Source: an uncultured Collinsella sp. (lineage in GTDB: Bacteria; Actinomycetota; Coriobacteriia; Coriobacteriales; Coriobacteriaceae). From it: a stretch of 64,000 nt of DNA. Below are positions 11,019 through 23,927 of this stretch, piece by piece. Each line of letters opens with the position of its first letter. The first letter of the stretch is position 1. The notes below the pieces were generated by a model. It ran no database searches. It was given only the letters and a program-made list of their open reading frames with translations, and had not been told where the DNA came from. The DNA lies in NCBI GenBank assembly GCA_938011935.1, contig CALLSU010000069.1:7106-71105 (forward strand), given 5' to 3'. Made by a program: the position numbers and the translations under genes.

Positions 11019-11960
11019 TTATGCCAAGAACTCCTTGGTGGTCGCCACGATGTTGGCGGCGTCCAGGCCGTACTTGTGCAGGAGCTCGGCACCCGGGCCG
11101 GACTCGCCGAAGGTGTCGTTGACACCGATCTTCTTGAGCGGCGTCGGGCACTGCTCGCACAGGACGTCGGCAACGGCGCTGCCCAGGCCACCGATCACAG
11201 AGTGCTCCTCGACGGTCACGACGTGGCCGGTCTTGGTGGCGCTCTTGACGATCAGGTCGGCATCGATGGGCTTGATGGTGTGCATGTTGATGACCTCGGC
11301 ATCGATGCCCTCGGCAGCAAGCTGCTCGGCGGCCTCGAGAGCCTCGCCGACCATCAGGCCGCAGGCGATGATGGTCACATCGGCGCCCTCGCGCATGACA
11401 ATGCCCTTACCCAACTCGAACTTGTAGGTCTCGGGGTCGTTGATAACCGGCGAGGCCAGACGGGCAAAGCGCATGTACACGGGGCCGTCGCACTCGTAGG
11501 CGGCGCGCGTCACGGCGCGGGCCTCGACATCGTCGGCCGGAACGATAACGGTCATGCCGGGGATGACGCGCATCAGGGCGATATCCTCGCAGCACTGATG
11601 CGTAGCACCGTCCTCGCCCACCGAGATACCGGCGTGCGTGGCACCGATCTTAACGTTGAGGTGCGGGTAGCCGATGGAGTTACGGACCTGCTCAAAGGCG
11701 CGGCCGGCGGCGAACATGGCAAAGGTGCTCGCGAAGGCAACGCGACCGGTGGTTGCGATACCGGCGGCAACACCCATCAGGTTGCTCTCGGCGATACCCA
11801 CATCGAAGAAACGGTCGGGGCAGGCGGCCTTAAACTTACCGGTCTGCGTGGCGGCGGCCAGGTCGGCGTCGAGGACCACAAAGTCATCGTGCTCGTTGGC
11901 GAGCTCGACGAGGGCCTCGCCGTAGCTTACGCGCGTGGCGATTTTCTTGACGTCTGCCAT
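11019..11960 (-). CDS. Transketolase, C-terminal (pyrimidine-binding) subunit
   Basis: VVLDADL, FFDVGIAE, GEDGATHQ, TVEEHSVIGGLG; start trimmed to ATG 11960. Confidence 0.9.
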   Translation of the reverse strand: MADVKKIATRVSYGEALVELANEHDDFVVLDADLAAATQTGKFKAACPDRFFDVGIAESNLMGVAAGIATTGRVAFASTFAMFAAGRAFEQVRNSIGYPHLNVKIGATHAGISVGEDGATHQCCEDIALMRVIPGMTVIVPADDVEARAVTRAAYECDGPVYMRFARLASPVINDPETYKFELGKGIVMREGADVTIIACGLMVGEALEAAEQLAAEGIDAEVINMHTIKPIDADLIVKSATKTGHVVTVEEHSVIGGLGSAVADVLCEQCPTPLKKIGVNDTFGESGPGAELLHKYGLDAANIVATTKEFLA

Positions 11961-11961
11961 C

Positions 11962-12792
11962 CTAGAGCTCCTCTCCGGCGGCCGTGAGCTCTGCCATGGC
12001 CTGCTCAAACTGTTCATCATTGGGGGCCTTGCCGTGCCAACCAACCTGGTTCTCCATAAAGGACACGCCCTTGCCCTTCAGGGTCTCGGCGATAATGGCG
12101 GTCGGCTGGCCCTTGGTGGCGCGAGCCTCGGCAAAGGCGGCGCGGATCTGATCGAAATCGTTGCCGTCGGCAAGCTCCACCACGTGGAACTTAAAGGCGC
12201 GGAACTTGTCGGCGAGCGGCATGGGGTCGTTGACCTCCTCGACGGGACCGTCGATCTGCAGGCCGTTGTGGTCGACGATCACGCAGAGGTTATCGAGCTG
12301 CTGGTTGCCGGCAAACATGGCGGCCTCCCAGACCTGGCCCTCCTCGCTCTCGCCGTCGCCCAGCAGGGCGTAGGTGCGGTAAGTATCGCCCCAGTGCTTG
12401 GCGGCAACGGCCATGCCCACGGCGGCGGAGATGCCCTGGCCGAGCGAACCGGTGGACATGTCGACGCCCGGGGTGTCGTTCATGTTGGGGTGACCCTGCA
12501 GGTGGCTGCCGATGTGGCGCAGCGTCTCGAGATCCTCCTTGGGAAAGAACCCGCGCTCGGCGAGCACGGCGTACAGACCAGGCGCGCAGTGGCCCTTGGA
12601 AAGCACGAAGCGATCGCGGTCGGCCTTGCGGGGGTCGGCCGGGTCGACGTTCATTTCCTCAAAGTACAGATAGGTCATGATGTCGGCAGCGCCGAGCGAA
12701 CCGCCCGGATGGCCGGACTTGGCAGCGTGCACGCCGGTGACGATGCCTTTCCTTACCTCGTTGGCAACCTTTTTGAGCTCTTCGTCGCTCAT
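11962..12792 (-). CDS. Transketolase, N-terminal (TPP-binding) subunit
   Basis: SGHPGGSL, RDRFVLSKGH, STGSLGQG, GDGE..EG TPP motif. Confidence 0.92.
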   Translation of the reverse strand: MSDEELKKVANEVRKGIVTGVHAAKSGHPGGSLGAADIMTYLYFEEMNVDPADPRKADRDRFVLSKGHCAPGLYAVLAERGFFPKEDLETLRHIGSHLQGHPNMNDTPGVDMSTGSLGQGISAAVGMAVAAKHWGDTYRTYALLGDGESEEGQVWEAAMFAGNQQLDNLCVIVDHNGLQIDGPVEEVNDPMPLADKFRAFKFHVVELADGNDFDQIRAAFAEARATKGQPTAIIAETLKGKGVSFMENQVGWHGKAPNDEQFEQAMAELTAAGEEL

Positions 12793-12999
12793 TGTGCCTT
12801 CCTTTCATCCTCTTTAGACAAAATGCGCACGGCACAGAAGGTCGTCCCAACCCAGCCGCGATGCACGTACGCCATTCATTATGCTGGAAACTGGAAGCTT
12901 TACCAGAGTATTTATCATTATTTGAGCAATTGAGCAGGCAGAACCGCTGATGAAACGGTTTACCAATGTGAACGTCTTTTGGATGGAACGCAGTCGGCC

Positions 13000-13890
13000 C
13001 TACGCGTTAATGTCCTTGAAGCCCTCACCGAAGGTCTCCGTAACGTCGGCGACCGTCACAATAGCACGCGGGTCGCGCTCACGCACAATGGTTTTGAGCG
13101 TGTTGAGCTCGCGACGACTCACGATTACCATGATCACCGGCTTCTCGGCACCCGAGTACATGCCGGTCGCCTTAAACTTGGTGCAGCCGCGACCCAGGCC
13201 ATACATGATGTCGGCCGCAATATCGGGAAACTTGTCCGAGATGATGAGTACCATACGGCGCCTGTTGCCGCCGTCGACCACGGCATCGATCACGTAGCCG
13301 CTAATGACCATCGAAAGGCCCGCATACAGCGCGTTTTCGACCGAGAAGACCGGGGCCGACAGCGCGCACACGGCAACGTCAATCGCCATGACGGTGGAGC
13401 CCACCGGTAGTGACGTATTGCGCGAGATAATCTGACCGATGGTGTCTGAGCCGCCAGTGTTGGCACCGGCGCGCAGCACCATGCCGTAGCCGATGCCCGT
13501 GATAATGCCGCCCCACATAGCGGGCAGCATCAGGTCGGCATGTGCCAGCGGCGCCACAAACGGAGCAAACAGGTCGGTGAAGAAGCCCAGCAGCACAAAG
13601 CCCGTCGCCGTCTGGACCACGTAGAACATGCCACCCTCGCGCATAACGACCAGCAGCAGCAAGGCATTCATCACGATGGTTTGAATACCGACAGGCAGCG
13701 AGATGCCATGCGAGGCGCCGACCGCCTGAATAATCGTGGCGAGACCCGTAACGCCGCCGGCAGCAAGACCGTTGGGAATCAAAAATAGATCCGTCGCGAT
13801 AGCGGCCAGAGCGCAGCCCAGCATAATCTTGGGCAGATCGTGAAAGAAGTTCAGCGAAAGAATGCGTTTGATGTCCAGACGATATGCCAT
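13000..13890 (-). CDS. YitT-family membrane protein (DUF2179)
   Basis: GGVTGLA, TGGSD, RGCT..ATGMYSG, DPRAIVTV..FGEGF. Confidence 0.85.
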   Translation of the reverse strand: MAYRLDIKRILSLNFFHDLPKIMLGCALAAIATDLFLIPNGLAAGGVTGLATIIQAVGASHGISLPVGIQTIVMNALLLLVVMREGGMFYVVQTATGFVLLGFFTDLFAPFVAPLAHADLMLPAMWGGIITGIGYGMVLRAGANTGGSDTIGQIISRNTSLPVGSTVMAIDVAVCALSAPVFSVENALYAGLSMVISGYVIDAVVDGGNRRRMVLIISDKFPDIAADIMYGLGRGCTKFKATGMYSGAEKPVIMVIVSRRELNTLKTIVRERDPRAIVTVADVTETFGEGFKDINA

Positions 13891-14020
13891 GCTGCCTCCC
13901 TCAAAAAAGCGCACCCAAACGAGTGCGCTTTGAACTTCTTGCTGTATTCGATTCTACCGATTCACCGAGCAAATACAACCCCTGCGAAGTGTTTGCATCG
14001 ACCCGGAGCCAACCACGTGC

Positions 14021-15168
14021 CTAGGCGTCCGAGCCTTCCGCATCGGCGTTGCCGGTTGCCCAGCGATGGTAGCCGATCACAAACGGATCCAGATCGCCAT
14101 CGTCGAGAACGGCCTCGACGTTGCTGGTCTCCACGCCCGTACGCAGGTCCTTGACCATCTGATACGGGTAGAGAACGTAGCTGCGAATCTGGTTGCCAAA
14201 ACCGATCGTGGTCTTGGGTCCACGAATCTCGTCAAGCGCCTCGGCACGCTTCTCGAGCTCGATCTCGTACAGACGGGCCTTGAGAATCTGCATGCACGCG
14301 GCCTTGTTTTGAATCTGGCTGCGCTCGTTTTGGCAAGTGACAACGATGCCGCTGGGAAAATGCGTCACACGTACGGCGGAGTCGGTGGTGTTGACGCCCT
14401 GGCCGCCCGGGCCGCTCGCGTGATACACGTCCACGCGGATATCGTCGGGATTGATCTCGATGTCGATATCGTTGGGCAGCACGGGGATGACCTCGACGCC
14501 GGCAAACGTGGTCTGGCGGCGCTTCTTGTCGTCGGTGGGGCTAATGCGCACCAGACGGTGGACGCCGGCCTCGGCGCGCAGCATGCCAAACGCGTCCTTG
14601 CCCTCGACGGTAAAGGTCGCACGGTCGATGCCGATGACCTCAGCCGCGGGACAGTCGTTGATGGTAACCTTCCAGCCGCGACGCTGGCAGTACTTCATGT
14701 ACATCTTAAAGAGCATGAAGGTCCAGTCCTGCGCCTCCAGGCCACCCTGCCCGGGCTTGATGGTCACAATCGCGTCGCCGTGATCGAACTCACCGGTAAA
14801 CCAGCTCGAAAGCTCGAGCTCGTCGATAGCGCGGGCCAGGCGTTCTGCCGTAGCGGCAGCCTCCTCGCGCAACGCGGCGGCATCGGGGTCGTCGCCCATC
14901 TCCTCGGCAAGCTCCAGCGCCGCGCGGGCGTCAGATAGCTCGCCGCGCGCGGTATCCACGGCAGCGATATCTTCCTTGGTGCGCGCGATCTCCTCCATGG
15001 TGGCGCGAGCGGCGTCGGCGTCATCCCAAAAGCCGGGGGCCACGCTTTTGGCCTCGAGCTCGGACACGCGGGTACGCTTCTCGTCCAGGTGGAGATACGA
15101 CTCGACCTCGCCGAGCCGGTCCGCAAACGCGTCCAGTTCGGCGGGCGTTACCTCTAAAGCCTCGGCCA

Positions 15169-15169
<1 letters not shown>
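14021..15169 (-). CDS. prfB: Peptide chain release factor 2
   Basis: GGLEAQDW, EAGVHRLVRISP, GPGGQGVN, QIRSYVLYPY; downstream of secA. Confidence 0.95.
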
Positions 15170-17976
<2,807 letters not shown>

Positions 17977-18107
17977 GTGGTTTTCCTTTTTTGGCCATCG
18001 CCCACGCCATGCAGCCTTGGGCGAGTTAAACACAGATAAATGTACTTTAGCCAAACAAGGCGCGGCCTATACGGTCGACACACTCGACCACGTAATAACT
18101 ACGACAG

Positions 18108-18238
18108 CCTGCAAAAAAGGGACTGGTTTATTTTGGCAGCTTTTATCTGGGAAAACGCTGTCTCTCTGCCATTTAGCGCAAGCTAACCCGTCCCTTACGC
18201 ACCAACCTGGTGCAATGGGGACGGTTTAGCCTGCACCA
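18108..18238. repeat. Cluster of three GGG(G)AC-loop hairpin repeats
   Basis: CCTGCAAAAAAGGGACTGGTTTATTTTGGCAG; inverted GCGCAAGCTAACCCGTCCCTTACGC; TGGTGCA-ATGGGGACGGTTTAGCC-TGCACCA. Confidence 0.6.
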
Positions 18239-18249
18239 ATAAAAAGAAT

Positions 18250-18284
18250 AGGGCCGCGCACCCAAATGGATGCGCGGCCCTTTT
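18250..18284. terminator. Terminator after rpmE (possibly bidirectional)
   Basis: GGGCCGCGCA...TGCGCGGCCC flanked by A- and T-runs. Confidence 0.65.
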
Positions 18285-18317
18285 GCCATGAATGCGAGTG
18301 TGTCCGCGGCGAGCTAT

Positions 18318-18743
18318 TTACTCAGCAGCCTCGGTGGTCTCGGCCTCGGCAGCGGTCTCCTCGACGGGAGCCTCTGCGGGAGCCTCGGCGGCCTGCTTGG
18401 CTGCCTCCTCGGCAAACTTAGCGGCACGCTTGGCCTTCTCGGCAGCCTTAGCCTCAGCGGCGGCCTTGCGAGCGGCCTCAGCCTCGGCAGCCTTGGCGGC
18501 CTTGGCAGCCTTGGCCTCCTCAGCCTTCTTGAGCTGGGCGGCAGCGGCGCCACCGAACTTGTCGGCGAAGCGCTGGACGCGTCCACCGGTGTCGACGAAC
18601 TTCTGCTGGCCGGTGTAGAACGGGTGGCACTCGTTGCAAAGCTCAACCTTCATCTCGGACACGGTAGCGTGCGTCTTGAAGGTGTTGCCGCAGGAGCACG
18701 TCACCGTGCACTCGACATACTGGGGATGGATACCCTGCTTCAT
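18318..18743 (-). CDS. rpmE: 50S ribosomal protein L31 (zinc-binding form) with an Ala/Glu/Lys-rich tail
   Basis: [28 protein letters not shown]. Confidence 0.95.
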   Translation of the reverse strand: MKQGIHPQYVECTVTCSCGNTFKTHATVSEMKVELCNECHPFYTGQQKFVDTGGRVQRFADKFGGAAAAQLKKAEEAKAAKAAKAAEAEAARKAAAEAKAAEKAKRAAKFAEEAAKQAAEAPAEAPVEETAAEAETTEAAE

Positions 18744-18825
18744 GGTAGGACTCCTTATTGGTCAGGCGCTGGTTACCGATCAGCGCATAAGGCGTCTTGG
18801 TTTCCGACCAAGACAACAAACTTGG
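18744..18825 (-). promoter_or_regulatory. Structured rpmE 5' leader (candidate L31 ribosomal leader)
   Basis: Two tandem hairpins with related loops (GTCTTGGTCGGAAACCAAGAC; GCGCTGATCGGTAACCAGCGC); CCTTAT can pair with ATAAGG of the RBS; TACCAT -10 upstream. Confidence 0.55.
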
Positions 18826-18930
18826 CTATGGTACCACGGCGCCGCATGTCCCACAAAAGGTTCACGGTCTTTTCGGCACGACACGAGCTGGCCCTTGAAT
18901 ATCAACTATCATCCGAACACTCCCCCACAT

Positions 18931-20739
18931 TCATCCTTCGTATGTATCGAGGTATTCCTGCTTGAGCGTCTGCGAGGACGACTTGATCTTTTCCACGAGC
19001 GTGCCGGCCTCGATGAAGTAGAACGAGTCGGTGAGGTCTGCCAGGTCGTCGAGCAGATGGCTTGAAATGAGCACGCTGCGTCCCCGCGCCACCTCGCTGC
19101 GCATCGCGTCGCAGGAGGTTTTCCGCTTTCCCGGATCGAGGCCGTTCAGCGGTTCATCGAGGATGAGGTACGGGCAATCGGTCGCTATCGCCATGGCAAG
19201 CTTTACCTGCTGCTTCATTCCCGTCGAGAGTTTACGGGCCGGCTTGTCGAGATATGGGGAGATTCCGAGGGAGCTGCAGAGCGAGTCGATGTCGGCGGCC
19301 GATTTCCACGCATCCCTAACGAAAGCAAGGTGCTCGAGGGCTGATAGCGTGGGGTAAAGATCCGTGCCGCCTGAAGAGCTCAGGTAGACGAGTTCTGCAA
19401 ATTCGGCTGATTGACGTTGGCTGATTCCGTCTGCCACCAGGCTTCCCGAGTGGATACGGGTGGGAAATTGGCCCGACAGCGCTTCAAGAAAGGTGGTTTT
19501 CCCCGAGCCGTTGGGAGCAATGAGGCCCGCCGCCGTTCCCGGGCTCAAGAAAAGCGATCCGATTGAAAGTATCGTCGTGCTTCCGTATCCCACGCTCACG
19601 TCCAGAAGCTCGAGCCCATGGCGCTTTTTCGCGGGTTCAGACTGTTTGGGCGAACGTGTCGCAACGGCGCCGACCGCAAAAAAGACCGCGACGTATATCA
19701 GGGCCACGGCAAGCATCGATGCACCGCTTGAACCGGAGTCAATGAATTCTGTTGGGAAGCATCCTACGTAACCCGTTGCCTCGATAGGCGAGAACACGGC
19801 CAGCGGCAGGAGCTCGAGCGCGGCATTATGCCCCAGTGCCGAATCGGACAATAACGGGAATGCCGGGGCCGCGACAAGCAACGCGGAGGTAAGGGGGCCC
19901 GCGAAGACGCGCCTCGTTGCGGTCGATAGGACGACGGAACAAACGGATATCAAGGTTCCACCCGCGAGCAGCGCGAGAAGTATGGTCGTGAAGACGTCTC
20001 CCGCGGTCGTGGTAGTGAGCGCGCCGTTATGGAAGAAGGCGATCGGGTACCCGATCTGCCCGAAGCCGTTTAGGGCCAAGGCGTAAATACTCCCGGGCGC
20101 AAGGCCGGCGAGGAGCATCGCGGTCCCCGCGCCAATTATCGAAAACACGGTTTGGATAAGGCGCCGGAATTTGGGCACGGGCGCCTTTGCCGCCAGGGTC
20201 CCGGGCCTTGTGGCGCCGAGCACGAGTATCGACGAGAGAAGGAAGGGGATGAAGGGAAGGAAGGACGGCGCCTGGGCAATGGCGTAGGGCAGGAAGGAGA
20301 GGAACGGCAGGTCGTTTGCGGAGGCCGGGATATCCGCGATGCCGGAGCTGCTCAGAGCGCGGCAATATGCGAGCTCTGCGTCATTGGTCTCCTGGTCCCC
20401 CACGATGGACCCGGATTGGAAGCCCTCGTCCATGAGCGCGTAGTAGCTCTCGGCAGAGTCGAGAAAGGCGGCGTCGGTTTGAGCGGCGAGGGCGGCGTTC
20501 GCGTATCTTGCAAGCTCAGCGTCATCTTGCTGCTCTGGCGATAGGTCTGTGCCGCTGGCCTGGGGCGCGCGCGTATTGAATGCGTCGACAAAGCCCTGCA
20601 TGCCCTGCTTCATAAAGAAGGGGCCGTAGATGGGTGAATTGAACGCAATGGGGACGGAAAAGGCTGCAGCAAGAACGAGCGTGGAAATCCATACGGCCTT
20701 GTCTCTTAGGATTAGTTTGAGAAGAAGTCGACAGTACAT
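18931..20739 (-). CDS. Fused ABC-2-type permease and ABC ATPase
   Basis: N-terminal multi-TM region; C-terminal APNGSGKT, LSTGMKQQ, LILDEPLNGLD, ISSH. Confidence 0.8.
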   Translation of the reverse strand: MYCRLLLKLILRDKAVWISTLVLAAAFSVPIAFNSPIYGPFFMKQGMQGFVDAFNTRAPQASGTDLSPEQQDDAELARYANAALAAQTDAAFLDSAESYYALMDEGFQSGSIVGDQETNDAELAYCRALSSSGIADIPASANDLPFLSFLPYAIAQAPSFLPFIPFLLSSILVLGATRPGTLAAKAPVPKFRRLIQTVFSIIGAGTAMLLAGLAPGSIYALALNGFGQIGYPIAFFHNGALTTTTAGDVFTTILLALLAGGTLISVCSVVLSTATRRVFAGPLTSALLVAAPAFPLLSDSALGHNAALELLPLAVFSPIEATGYVGCFPTEFIDSGSSGASMLAVALIYVAVFFAVGAVATRSPKQSEPAKKRHGLELLDVSVGYGSTTILSIGSLFLSPGTAAGLIAPNGSGKTTFLEALSGQFPTRIHSGSLVADGISQRQSAEFAELVYLSSSGGTDLYPTLSALEHLAFVRDAWKSAADIDSLCSSLGISPYLDKPARKLSTGMKQQVKLAMAIATDCPYLILDEPLNGLDPGKRKTSCDAMRSEVARGRSVLISSHLLDDLADLTDSFYFIEAGTLVEKIKSSSQTLKQEYLDTYEG

Positions 20740-20892
20740 TCAGAAGCACCTGCATTCCTCAAAGAATCGTTAGATTAAAAGTAACAGACCGAATGAAGAT
20801 GCGTGCGATGGGGGCGAGGCGAATGGCTGAGCGGTATCGATACGCGGGTTCAACGGCATCATATTGACCACATAGATTTTTAACTTGCATTT

Positions 20893-21642
20893 CTACCCGC
20901 CCTTTTCGTAGAGTCGCCGATACGTGCTTAGCGCACCCTCGGCGCGTCCGGCAGGCTTTGCGAAATGGGATCCAGGAGACTTCGGCGCAGCATCATCTTG
21001 CGGAATGCTTCTAATGAGCCTCCCATCCTTCAAAAACAGAATCTCATCGCACAGCCTATCGACCGAATCCAAGATGTGGGATGACATGATGATGCACGTA
21101 CCAGAATCGGCCAGCTTCCTGAGAATCTCGGAATGCAAGTCCACCCTGCTGGGGTCGAGCGCGTTCATGGGCTCATCTAATAGAAGGTACCGCGCGCCCG
21201 TCGCATACGCAATCGCCAGGGTAAGCTGCTGCTTCATGCCCTGGCTCAGAGTGCGGATCCTCATCTTCGCGAACTCGCCTATCTGCGTTTGTTCCACTAT
21301 CTCTTCGATATCGCGAGCGTGCGGCCACATATCGCAAACCATCTTGAGGTGATCTTCCGCACGCAATCCGGGATACAGCAGCGTCCCCTCACCAGGTGCA
21401 TAGAAGATCATAGAACGGACCTCTCTCGCACCCGTACCCTGCACCTCATCCAGAACGATGCTCCCGTCCACGCGAGGACCCGGCAAACCTGCCATCGCAC
21501 GCAGCAACGTCGTCTTTCCATGCCCGTTCGGAGCGACGAGACCGTAGACCGTACCCGGGGCAAACTCAGCGTTCACCGAATCTACGAGCACCTTCTTTCC
21601 ATAAGAGATCGTCAGCGTTTGAAGGTCAATCATCGAGATCAT
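20893..21642 (-). CDS. ABC transporter ATP-binding protein
   Basis: APNGHGKT, LSQGMKQQ, LLLDEPMNALD, MSSH. Confidence 0.9.
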   Translation of the reverse strand: MISMIDLQTLTISYGKKVLVDSVNAEFAPGTVYGLVAPNGHGKTTLLRAMAGLPGPRVDGSIVLDEVQGTGAREVRSMIFYAPGEGTLLYPGLRAEDHLKMVCDMWPHARDIEEIVEQTQIGEFAKMRIRTLSQGMKQQLTLAIAYATGARYLLLDEPMNALDPSRVDLHSEILRKLADSGTCIIMSSHILDSVDRLCDEILFLKDGRLIRSIPQDDAAPKSPGSHFAKPAGRAEGALSTYRRLYEKGG

Positions 21643-23927
21643 CCCCTTTCGATCTTTGGAACACTCAGGCGCACCATCAACGGAGATACGGCGCCCAAGA
21701 CCACCAGCAGAGCGCCCGATGCGCCGACGACCTCTCCAAAAGGCATCGCGTTCGTCCCTCGCCCAAGGAACCCAATCGTCCCCACCTGGGAAGCGGGATC
21801 AAACGAGGCGAATGGAGCCAGCAGCGCGACGCCCATGCCCACGCTTTCAACATGAGCGCTCAACGAACCCAACACCAAGAGAACCGCGCAAACCATTCCG
21901 GTGACAACGGGGTTGCGGCTAATCGCTGCTGTCAACGCAGCGACGACGGAAATCACGCCGTATGCCATGACCAGCAACGGAATACTGCACAACACCGCCT
22001 CCCCCACCATGGACGTTGTCGAAGCTCCCGCCCGAATGAGAGCGACGGGATACTCCGATCCACCCGCACCGTTCTTAATCACGGACACAACGACAGCGGG
22101 AACCATCGACACCAAAAGCAGCACCAAGCCAAGCAGGAGAGCCAGCGCAACAGCCGTCAGAAAACGCACATGCGCTGTTGCGGGGATCTGGAGAACCAGA
22201 AGGGAACGACACTGCAGGTGGGTGCACGCGAGCGATGTGACAACCACGGGCAACAGCAAAAATAAGGAGGGAAGCGCTGCCTGGAGATACGAAAGGAGGA
22301 TTAATGGGGGCATCTTCGTACTTAACTCGTAAACCTTGGGTTCCGGCAAGCTCGCGATCGACTCAAGCAGAAGGGCGCGCGCCTCCGCACGAGAAGGAGT
22401 CTCCGGCTCGATTCCGATCGATTGCAGGAGAGTCGCATCTGCCGCGCCCAGCTCACCTCGAGCGCGCTCGTACGTCGCAAGGCTTCGAAACCCCTCCGCA
22501 GGCATAGGCGCGTACACGAAACCCGAAAGAGCATCCCGCATGTCTTCCAGGGCCGCTTTGCCCTCGACGTCCATATTCGCAGCGTTCTGCTCTAGATACC
22601 GATCTATTGAACGGAGCTCCCCATCCCTATACCGAACAGCGGAAACGTTATCAGCGTCAGGAAACATCTCGACCAGAGCCGGGGCCAGCATCGTCGTCGA
22701 CATTGCAATCGCGCATACGGCGAGGGTAGGAGAACGCAGGAGCAGTTTCCCCATCGTTCTTACGTATGCAACGGCGGAGGCACAAGCGCTCGAACGAGTT
22801 GCCGTTCTCGATGCAGTGAAGGAACCTCTCTCAAGACAAATCGGGGATATCGGGCACGCGCAGCCGCTCTTTCCAGCAACGCAAAGCAGGCTAATTGCCA
22901 GCACCTCGATCCCGATTGCGCATACGAGGGCAATCGCGCCACGCTCGAAGCAAAGTCCAGGCAGATTCACTATCTGCGTTGTCGGGTACGGGCTATAGGC
23001 GCCGACGGTCAACTCAGTGTTCGCATACGTAAGGGGATTCAACAGGGCGAACTCACGTAAAGCGATGGATCTTCCGTAATACCCGGGAACCATCGTCACC
23101 CCCATCAGGGCACATACGAACACGATTCCAAGCGTAGGGTTATTGGCAATCTTCACGGCAAGGTGAACGACAAGCGAGATGAACGCTGCCACCAAGAATT
23201 GCAAGATGGCCGTCTGCGCGAACACCAGCCAAGCCGGTTTGATAACCGGAGTCGCATATTGAATGTAGCCTATCGGATAGAACGGCGAGCCCGGGCCATT
23301 CTTCACAAGCGCGGCGATTATCCCTGGAAGATTGATGGCGAGGACGGCAAGCATTGCAAAAACACTCGCCCATACGCTCGATGCAACAAGTCTACCCAGC
23401 TCGCCCATCGGTGCCTGGATGATGAGCTTTTCACGTTTGTTAAGACGCGCGGCAAGGAACGAGACGGCAACGGCCGTTGCGACCCATAGCAAGTACTCCT
23501 TCGATCCGTCATAATAGGTGTACTCTCCATCCGATATCTGCAGAAACGGAAGTAGGGGAGAGAGCGGTGCCAAGATAAGACGTCCCGCGGCAAGAGGGTA
23601 CAGAAGCGCGGGCATGCTTGATGAAGAGGTATAGACACCGTCCTCCCCCGCATTCACAAGCGCATCCGCATAGGATGCTGACAATTCCTGCTCAACACGG
23701 GTTATTCCCGACTCGAGGTATTCGACCCGTCCGTCGATGCCAGCCGCGCTCCTGAAGACGGGCAGAGCACAAAGAACCATCAACGCAACAACGACAACAC
23801 AGAGCGACCTGGAGGAGAGAAGCGACCTAAAGATCGCCTTCGAGATTTTGAGCATATTCATCGCCAACCTTAACCTCATCCAGTCGGAACAGAGGGGCCG
23901 AACAAAATGCTCGGCCCTTCCTCGCAT
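21639..23927 (-). CDS. Large membrane protein, tandem ABC-2-type permease domains
   Basis: Many TM segments; internally duplicated motif (KNGPGSPFYPI and KNGAGGSEYPV, also LNGFGQIGYPI in the 18931 gene); exact start uncertain. Confidence 0.65.
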   Translation of the reverse strand: MRGRAEHFVRPLCSDWMRLRLAMNMLKISKAIFRSLLSSRSLCVVVVALMVLCALPVFRSAAGIDGRVEYLESGITRVEQELSASYADALVNAGEDGVYTSSSSMPALLYPLAAGRLILAPLSPLLPFLQISDGEYTYYDGSKEYLLWVATAVAVSFLAARLNKREKLIIQAPMGELGRLVASSVWASVFAMLAVLAINLPGIIAALVKNGPGSPFYPIGYIQYATPVIKPAWLVFAQTAILQFLVAAFISLVVHLAVKIANNPTLGIVFVCALMGVTMVPGYYGRSIALREFALLNPLTYANTELTVGAYSPYPTTQIVNLPGLCFERGAIALVCAIGIEVLAISLLCVAGKSGCACPISPICLERGSFTASRTATRSSACASAVAYVRTMGKLLLRSPTLAVCAIAMSTTMLAPALVEMFPDADNVSAVRYRDGELRSIDRYLEQNAANMDVEGKAALEDMRDALSGFVYAPMPAEGFRSLATYERARGELGAADATLLQSIGIEPETPSRAEARALLLESIASLPEPKVYELSTKMPPLILLSYLQAALPSLFLLLPVVVTSLACTHLQCRSLLVLQIPATAHVRFLTAVALALLLGLVLLLVSMVPAVVVSVIKNGAGGSEYPVALIRAGASTTSMVGEAVLCSIPLLVMAYGVISVVAALTAAISRNPVVTGMVCAVLLVLGSLSAHVESVGMGVALLAPFASFDPASQVGTIGFLGRGTNAMPFGEVVGASGALLVVLGAVSPLMVRLSVPKIERG

